In this document: positions 56,326 through 64,000 of the stretch, piece by piece
How positions within the stretch are numbered: the first letter of the stretch is position 1
Layout of the letters: each line of letters starts with the position of its first letter
Assembly: GCA_051294375.1 (NCBI GenBank)
Contig: CM119263.1
Coordinates: 28,743,280 to 28,807,279 of the forward strand
Length of the DNA stretch: 64,000 nt
DNA from: Paraspadella gotoi
Taxonomy: Eukaryota; Animalia; Chaetognatha
Direction of reading: 5' to 3'
Notes under the pieces: model-generated
What the model was told of the DNA's origin: nothing
The model's database searches: none
The model's input: only the letters and a program-made list of their open reading frames with translations
Translations under genes and position numbers: made by a program

Positions 56326-59234
56326 ATTTTTAAGTAAAAGAGGAGGGCTAACGATCGGAATTCTAAGAGTTTCAACGGGAGTCAGATTCGGGAAAAATCT
56401 TCTATGGCGAAAATCTTCCAAAGAAGGGGTGAATTTTCAAAGATTTTGGTTAATATTTTCTATATTTATAGTCGCATTTTGGAAACTTAATATTAACAAT
56501 ATTGCCATCATTCTACCTTGGCCGGTATAAGAATATATTAAAAAATAAACCCTGAATTGATATTTGAAAATTGAATAGTAAAAAATTAATGTTAACTTAG
56601 AGTCAGCAGGATCGACGACGCTCATAATAATACGAGAAAAATCAGTGATAAATTTTGAATTTGGCGATAATCGATAAAATAATTAATAGATTTAAAAAAA
56701 TAATTAAAATTTAAATAATCATATCACCGAATCGTCGTCGTCCGCCTTCGGCATCGGATTCGGCAGCGTCCGGAACTCTCTCTCCATCGCCCGGTCGTTC
56801 TCAGCCCGACGCAGCAACTCGGCGTGGCCCATCGGCCGCGAGAACATCCCCTCCAGCATCTCGGAGGTGTGGTTGAAGAAGGCCATGGAGACTTTGGACA
56901 TGCGGTAGAGTTTCGTCCGGCGGAATGAGCTGAAGCGGGAAGACGGACGAGAGACGGAGACTGAAGACAGGCTGGCGCATTCGAAGGCTTCGTTGACCAC
57001 GCCCTCTTCCGGAGCGTGCCGATGGAAACCCGCCGTCCAGCTCTTTTGGAGAAGGGGGAGTAGGGAGGGAAAGTTTAATTTAATTTATTCTCAATTTTAG
57101 GTTTAGTAAAATGAGAAAAAAAATGTTGTCTTATTTTTTTGTAGCAGTTTTAAAGTCATTTTCTCGAGGTTAAAGAAATGCTTAAAAGTTAAAATTGATA
57201 AGCTGATTATGATTATGATTATCAAGAATGAAGAAAAATGAAAAAAAGAAATGATACTTTCTTTGTTTTAGAGAACAGTGGATAATTAATTGCTAATTAA
57301 TATTCGACAAAAGGAAATACTTTTTTTTTTCTTCAAAAAATGTACATCGACTTCTTTGCCTTTTGTTTTCTTTATTTGTTTCGGTTTAATTGTATTGCAT
57401 AAAAATCAAACGTTCCCCCGATGTGCCTAACGTTCGCCCACCCCACCCCCCCCCCTCCCCGCAGCACCTGAATCGTGGTGGTCGACGGCCGCGTCCGCAT
57501 CAGGATCTGCAGGACGACGACGGAGAGCAGCACTAGAACGGCGAGAACGGCGACGACGACGGCGACGACGACGCCCGCGCCGACGCCCTTCGAAGGCTCC
57601 TCCTCGAAGACGACGGATTCCACGCTGCGTTTGAGGACGACGTGCATGACGCGGGAGCTGAGGTCGTCGGCGGGGGCGTTCATCGCGCGGACGAGGAATT
57701 CCTGACTCGCTTTGGTTTTGGCTTCGTCCACGAGGCGCTCGTCCTGCGGGGGAGGGAAGGGGGGGAAGTGAGGGGAGTTCGTATGATGGGGGAAGGGAGG
57801 AAAGGAGATGCGTGAAGAAGAAAAGGTTTAACGGATTAATCGCGGGTTGATTAACATCACCGTGTGGCGGTATATTCAAACCGCCTCACGTCCACCATCC
57901 TTCAGCCAAGTCCATTGGCTCAGAGGGGGAACACACCATCCCAGGTGTAGTGTTCCATCCACAGTCCTAACGACTTCCCTCTGCGTTGGCAAAGCGAGAC
58001 CGTCCTAGGGTAACCGCGCCAGTGACTGGAGACGTCACTGAGGGTCGGAATCCCTCAAAGCCAACAGTGAGATGCCCCATCCCAATGGGCATCACAGGCA
58101 ACACGGCTGTTGCCATAACCGCTTCACTGAAGCCTTCAGTCGTAATATTTTTTGTATTTTCGAGATTATGAATATTATTAATATTAACCGTTCATCTGCT
58201 TGAATTTCCACTTTTTTTTCCCCACGGTTAGTACTTTGTCTCACATTCCATACTATACTATATTCGCCAGTTAATTCATGCCCTTTTCCACATTACAGTT
58301 CACCTCCATTTTATTTCTACACTCGCCCCCGCCCCCTCCTAACCTTTGACTCCGCGACGTAATACGAAAACGAGACGGTCCTCCTCCCCTCGTTCCCGCC
58401 TTCTCCTTCCCCGGAACAGGTCGTCCCCACTTGGTGCGGAATGAGACGGACGAGCGCGTCGGCGGCGTTGACGTGTCGGGCGATGGTCTTCTTAAACCGA
58501 CGATCCTCTTGTCGGCAAAAGAAGTCGGCCTCGGAGAGGCGAAGGGTGATGTCGACGTAGAGTTGGCCTCGAGGATAAGGGACGGACGAAGCGATGAGAC
58601 GAGGCGTCGTCTTCGCCGTTTTCGTCGTCGACTTCATCGTCGGTTTCGTCGTCTTTTCTTTGGATTTCGTCGTCGCTTTCGTCTTCGTCGTTGTCGTCGA
58701 TGTGGACGACGATTTCGGCGTCCATTTCGTCTCCGGCGACAAAACCGGCGTCGGCGTCGGCGGCGTTCTCGTCAAGATTTCGACGCCGGGAATCTTGTTA
58801 TTGAAGGAGGTGGTCATCGGCGGCGTCGTGGGCAGAGGCGGCGCCGTTTCCGGTTCCCCTTTGGGACCCGGAACGTTTTGTCCGTGTTGTGTTTCCTCCG
58901 CGGTGGCGCCGGCGGTTTGGGACGAAGTCGAAGCGTCCGTCTTGGCGCTGTGAGTTTCACTTTCGGCGCCATGAGTCTCAGTCTCGACGACGCTATCGTC
59001 CGTCTCAGCGCCGCCCGTCACCGAGACCACGCCCCCTTCCCCTTCTGTTTCCGGCAAACGCGTCTCGGCCTCCGCCGATTTTCCGGTCTCCTTCGAATCC
59101 GTGGTAACGCCGACGTCTTTGGCGTTGTCTCCGGTGGAAGGGATTTCGTCGCCGTCTGAGGGCGTCTCTAAAACGGCGTCATCTCTCGGCGCCTCGGACG
59201 CGTCAAAGGGTGGCGCCGAGGTTGGCGCGGCGCT

Positions 59235-59265
<31 letters not shown>

Positions 59266-60743
59266 TCGTTGTCTAAAGTTAATTTTGTTTTGGCGTTTAA
59301 GAAAGATGACGACGACGACGACGACGACGACGAAGGCTGATTGTCCTCCAAAAAAGGCTTTTTATTTGCCGCAGGTGGCGCGGCGATCGTATCTTCGTCG
59401 CCGTCATCGTCATTTTCATCGTCGTTGTCCTTCGGGTTCGTTGTCGACTGATCCACTTCTTTGTCATCATCGTCATCGTCATCTCCGTTCACGGGATTTA
59501 TTGAAGATTCGTTATTATTGTCATCGTGATTCTCTCTGGTATTAGTCGAGGATGTTCCAACTTTTTTTTCAGTAATATGATCATCGTCATTGACTCCTGG
59601 ATTTAATGACAATGAATCGATAGTTCCTTCATTGTCATCATTGCTGTCATCACTTCCATCATCTCCTGGATTTGTCGTCGATTGGTTAATGACTTTTTCA
59701 TTGTCTTCATTTTCCAGATTTGTTATTTGATCAATTAGTTTTTCCACATCATCTATGTCGACAATCGGATTTGTCGTGGATCGAGTGACTGACCGACCGT
59801 CATTGTCGTCTTCTTCGTCTTCTTCGTCTTCTTCGTCTTCTTCGTCTTCTTCGTCTTCTTCGTCTTCGTAATCGTCAATTCCGTCGCGCGTCTCATTCGT
59901 CGCGATCGTCGCTTTCGACTTCTTCGCTTTCGTCGTCACTCGAACGTCAACGGATTTCGGGGCAGCGGCGTCGACGGGCGATTCTAGGGGTGCGTCTGTA
60001 GGCGAAGTAGTGGATGTTGAAGTGGAGGAAAGGGTGGGGGATATTGCGGAGGGGATTGTTGAGGATGTAGAGAGAAGGGATGAAGAAGAAGGAGAAGGAG
60101 GTGATGAAGACAGATTGGAAGTAATGGTTCCGATCCTTACATCTTCTTCCTCTGTCCCCTCCTCTTCCTCTTCCTCTGTCCCCTCCTCTTCCTCCTCTCT
60201 TCCGATTTCCGGCAAAGGCGCCCACTTTCCGCTTCCAGATTTTCGTTTGGGATTCTCGACTTCTTGGCCGAGACTCGATTCTCCGCCGAGAACCTCCGCT
60301 TGGCCGGAAGGAGTTTCGAAGTGTTCTTCGGAATGGATCGTGTCTTCAACGATGGTGAAGTTCACCGAACCACTTTCGACGCTATCGTGAGAATGAAGGA
60401 GGGACACGCCATCTTCGAGAGGAGAAGTTCCGCCACTAGCGCCCACAACGACCCCGCCAATGACGTCAACGACGTCAGCGCCACCTTTTTCCTCGACGTT
60501 GGCGGCGTTGGCGTCCGAGACTCCCAACTCATCGTCGACGCTTTCGTCTGGATCCTCGGCGCCGGCGACGCCACTCTCTTCATCCCGGCGCCCATCCTCC
60601 TCCGTCTCGATTTCCGGACTCAAATCCGGTCGACGCCGGATGGAATCCGATTCTCCGGGAAAATCCGGAATTTCCGACATCGAATTTCCGGTCGTCGCCG
60701 ACATCAACGTCGCCCACAACAACAACAACAAAATCCCGCGCAT
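54338..60743 (-). CDS. Receptor-type protein tyrosine phosphatase, single PTP domain, PTPRR/STEP(R7)-like, ~1280 aa
   Basis: Exons 58344-60743 (signal peptide MRGILLLLLWATLMSATTG, acidic Ser/Thr-rich ectodomain), 57468-57743 (TM GVVVAVVVAVLAVLVLLSVVVLQILM), 56728-57042, 55159-55430 (KNRFANVVPNPSTRV..YINANYVRG..YIATQAP..DFWSMVWQ), 54338-54905 (CAVYWP..FLEWPERGAP..VVVHCSPGTGRTG..AVQTLDQF). All GT-AG with consistent phases. Confidence 0.93.
57861..58140. other. Hairpin-dense ~280-nt GC-rich intronic element (structured RNA or retroposon head, class unknown)
   Basis: Eight consecutive stem-loops plus enclosing stems (detailed in findings), inside PTP intron 1. Confidence 0.5.
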
Positions 60744-61470
60744 TTTTCTTTTTCTTTTTTTTAAGAATAAAAAACCTTATTTTATGATTAAGTTTTTCCT
60801 CGGGTCATCTTTGCCGTCTCATTCTTTTTTAGGCATTTTGCCATCTTGACAGTTTTTTGGGCCAGATTCTTCGTTTTGAACTTTAGTAGCGATGCCGCTG
60901 AAGAAACGAGGTAACAGGTACTGGGCTTGTTCATTTTAGAAAAAATTGGGCAATTAAGGAATAATTAAAAGTCTTTTTTTTTTATTTTAAAAAAATTAGA
61001 ATTACACATTATTACTTATTATTTAANNNNNNNNNNTTCATTTTAGAAAAAAATGGGCAATTAAGGAATAATTAAAAGTCTTTCTTTTTATTTTAAAAAA
61101 ATTAGAATTACACATTACTTATTATTTAAATTAATTTTAATTACTAAGATACGATCAAATACGTTCTCCTTTGAAGGTGAAATAATGATATATTTAGAAT
61201 TTTCTTTATTTAGACTTCCTTGGTACTTACAGAGGTCAAAGTTCATAATAAAGAAATTGTTTAGCTTGCGCGACGCATTTTCAGACGAAAGGTTTTTAGA
61301 ATGAAGAGTAAAGAGGATCTTAAAAAAAAAAAAGAAAAAAAATCTTTAAAAAAAGGTATTTTGATTCTAGAATTATAATAAGAAGGGGCGTTTCTTTTCT
61401 TCGCAAAAAAAAAGGGCAGACGTCGAAGTTTCGATTTTGGGAACAACTGACACCGCGAATTTCCAAAAGT

Positions 61471-61540
<70 letters not shown>

Positions 61541-61611
61541 AGAAAGGGAGATGCGACCCAGAACCAGTATTCGGTCGAAAAACAAAAACAAGTCCGGCTT
61601 TTTCAAAATTT

Positions 61612-61654
<43 letters not shown>

Positions 61655-61977
61655 CTCTTTCTCTCTCTCTTTCTTTCTTTTTTTTTGGTCTCTCTTTCTG
61701 CCTTTTTTTATAACCTGTCCCTTACTACCAGGGGGTTTCACTCACAAAAAAGATAATCACTCAAACGGACACAATATTCATTATATTTTCAAGGTATAAG
61801 CTGACTCTGTCAAATTACGGTTAAAAACCATTAATAAAAAAAACGACAATTAAACACTTAAATTACTAGCAGGTTAAAAAAAACAACATAGAAATTAATA
61901 TCTACATTTAAACAAATGAGAGAGAACAATGAACGCTATTATATTTTCAATTTCCAATCACAGATTTTAAAAGATCC

Positions 61978-62522
61978 TCATCTCGCCATGAGCTGCTTCC
62001 TTCTCTGCTGCGGCGGCTGCTGCGAAGCCTGCCACCTCCGCTTCTCCTGCTGCTGCTGAGCCCCTTCCCATTGAGCCTTGAACAAATTCCAAGAGTCTTT
62101 CTCTCTCAAAAACGCGTCCAGCCTTCGATCGGGCGACGCTTGGGCCAATGACCCAGAATCAACGGGTACGTGCCCGATGGGCAGTTCTTCGAGCTGCGCT
62201 GCGACGTCGTTTTCCGCAGCCACGCCCACCCTGTTTCGTTTTCTCTCTCGATGATGAAAATTTCGTAGATAGTTCGATTCCGTCGCCATCGGACGCTCGT
62301 AGACGCTGGATTCCTGCGACGCCGGACGGGCGACTCGCCGCGGCGTCGGGGGCGCTCCCGTCGCTTCGGAATCAGTCAGCGAGATGTTGTCGAGGAAATC
62401 GAGAATCGCGCGAGATCGCTGCATCTTCCAGGCAACGAGACCAACAACGGTCTCACGCTGCAGCTCCGCCGCTTCCAGCTGCGGCAGGGAAGAGGGGGAA
62501 GGAGGTGGATGGGATGAGAGAG

Positions 62523-62605
<83 letters not shown>

Positions 62606-63722
62606 ATAAATAGAAGAAGAAGAAGAAGAAGAGAAGAGAAGAGAATTGGAGAAGTTCAAAGAAGGGACAGAAAAAAGCTTATCAGTTATGATTTGAACTG
62701 ATAATGACACCGAAAAATTCAATTTTTATATTTATAAATAAACACAAATTGTCTGTCGGTCACTCTTTTGACGATATCCCACCTGATCCTTGGTCGCCGG
62801 ATGCTTCAGCTGTTGCGGCAGCGGTGTCACCGCTTGCTGCGAGAGAGCGATCTCTGCCAACTGACGCTGATAGCGACGCATGGGTCGATGATAGAACCGC
62901 CCAGCCGAAGCCGTCGGATCTTGGAAAGCTTCGTGCGCTCGCCCCGGCCCTTTACAAGCTTTGCTTGGCCGTCCCGGTGCTTGGAAGACTTCGTGACTCG
63001 AATCTTGACCAACGTCGGAATCGCGTCGCGCTTGATGCCGCTGCTGATTTATTTGCTGCAGTTGCTGCTGCTTTTGCTGCTGCTTAATGGAATGCTGCTG
63101 CGTGGATTCGATGATGACCGTCGTTTCTTCGCCGTCGATTCGTCGAGAGATTGAAGGAGACTCGTCGTCCCAAATATCGTCGTCGTCGATGTCGGCGATC
63201 GTTTCCACTTCGTCGTCGTTATCGTCGTTTCCGGCGCCACGCCTCCTTCCGCCTCGATGTCCCGGATTTCGTCGGACGTCGCCGTTTCTCTCATCGACGC
63301 CGCGACGAGAGCGTCGGACGTCACCGTTGGCGCCACGCCCACCGAGAGTGGCGCCGTTCATCTCCCTAGCGGCGGCGTCGCGAATGAGATCTTCGGTTCT
63401 CGCCTCCGGTCGGCGTTGCGGCGACCTTTCGGGGTCGTCTACATCATCGTCGGCGTCGTCGTCCTCGTCGCGGGGAAAGGGTCTTCTTCGACGGCGCCGG
63501 GTTCGGGTCATCTCGGCGTCGGCGACGCGATTCGGCGTCATCGAAGACGCCGACGCCGGGCAGCATAGATGGCGCATCTGGACGTGCCACGGGAGGCGCG
63601 CCTCGTACTCCAGCGCCGCGAAATCCGGAGGATCGGTGCAGCTGTCGCAGCGGCGATGATCGTAAAGAGTCTCGCATCGACAATTGGCGCAGTTTTCTCG
63701 TTGGAACCGTTTGTAGCGGTAC
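61978..63722 (-). CDS. Last two exons of an unidentified gene (Cys-rich start, then a disordered acidic/Gln-rich tail); 5' part probably outside the window
   Basis: Exon 62783-63722 (YRYKRFQRENCANCRCETLYDHRRCDSCTDPPDFAALEYEARLPWHVQMRHLCCP...ATKDQ, GTGGG donor) is spliced in phase 0 to 61978-62478 (LEAAELQRETVVGLVAWKMQRSRAILDFLDNI...KQLMAR*). Confidence 0.75.
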
Positions 63723-63740
63723 CTGGGAGTTTAGGGATGT

Positions 63741-63834
63741 TAAGATAGCTGGGTTCGGGAGGAGACCTGCCCACTTTGCTCCATTTTTAAGATAGCTGGG
63801 TTCGGGAGGAGACCTGCGCACTTTGCTCAATTTT
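63741..63834. repeat. 47-bp direct duplication in an intron
   Basis: TAAGATAGCTGGGTTCGGGAGGAGACCTGC(C/G)CACTTTGCTC at 63741 and 63788. Confidence 0.85.
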
Positions 63835-64000
63835 TTTCACAGATAAAAAAAAAACCATTTTTTTCCGGGTTTCATTCCTCTGTGATGCTAGAGTAAAGGT
63901 AACCAAAGATATGACGTGTGACTCGGTGTTCATTTTGTAAAAGCTCATGGTATTGTGAACCCCCCCCCCGTTAATGGCTGGTGAATTGTGATAAGAAAGA

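Noticed and set aside
55790-56585. ~35-bp direct repeat and a weak inverted repeat in PTP intron 3
   Set aside because: Possibly a decayed MITE, but the ends and TSD cannot be defined.
57960-57985. RNase P RNA (GGGAAGTCGTTAG resembles CR-I)
   Set aside because: No complementary CR-V/P4 strand or CR-II/III motifs were found downstream.
60930-61130. ~95-bp direct repeat
   Set aside because: The copies flank a 10-N gap (61027-61036), which is typical of unmerged contig overlap.

Overview
Animal (invertebrate-type) nuclear DNA: AT-rich introns, GC-rich exons, many (AG)n/(GAC)n microsatellites, 10-N and 25-N scaffold gaps, and long stretches of indel-rich, long-read-quality sequence. The first ~36 kb contains two near-tandem duplicated blocks (~2.7-9.8 kb = ~12.6-19.9 kb; ~24.1-27.9 kb = ~27.9-35.6 kb). 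These are probably alternative haplotypes placed side by side, and in each pair one copy carries a DNA-transposon insertion the other lacks. Genes I can read: the PAS-domain exons of an ERG/KCNH2-type K+ channel (minus strand, with a candidate PAS-less alternative N-terminus and no channel core visible), a divergent SANT-less NCoR/SMRT-like gene, a 4-finger zinc-finger gene, a proline-rich gene, a PTPRR/STEP-like receptor tyrosine phosphatase with altered catalytic motifs, and two unidentified genes. The most striking item is a 3.76-kb non-autonomous Transib/RAG-like element (30327-34082) in ERG intron 1. It has CACGGTG/CACACTG heptamer-like ends, an apparent 5-bp TSD, and a shared AGACCTCCAGG box at position 12 on one end and 23 on the other. 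Its right end is amplified into 39 tandem 71-bp copies, giving one left end facing an array of RSS-like right ends. All identifications are by eye; no database searches were run.
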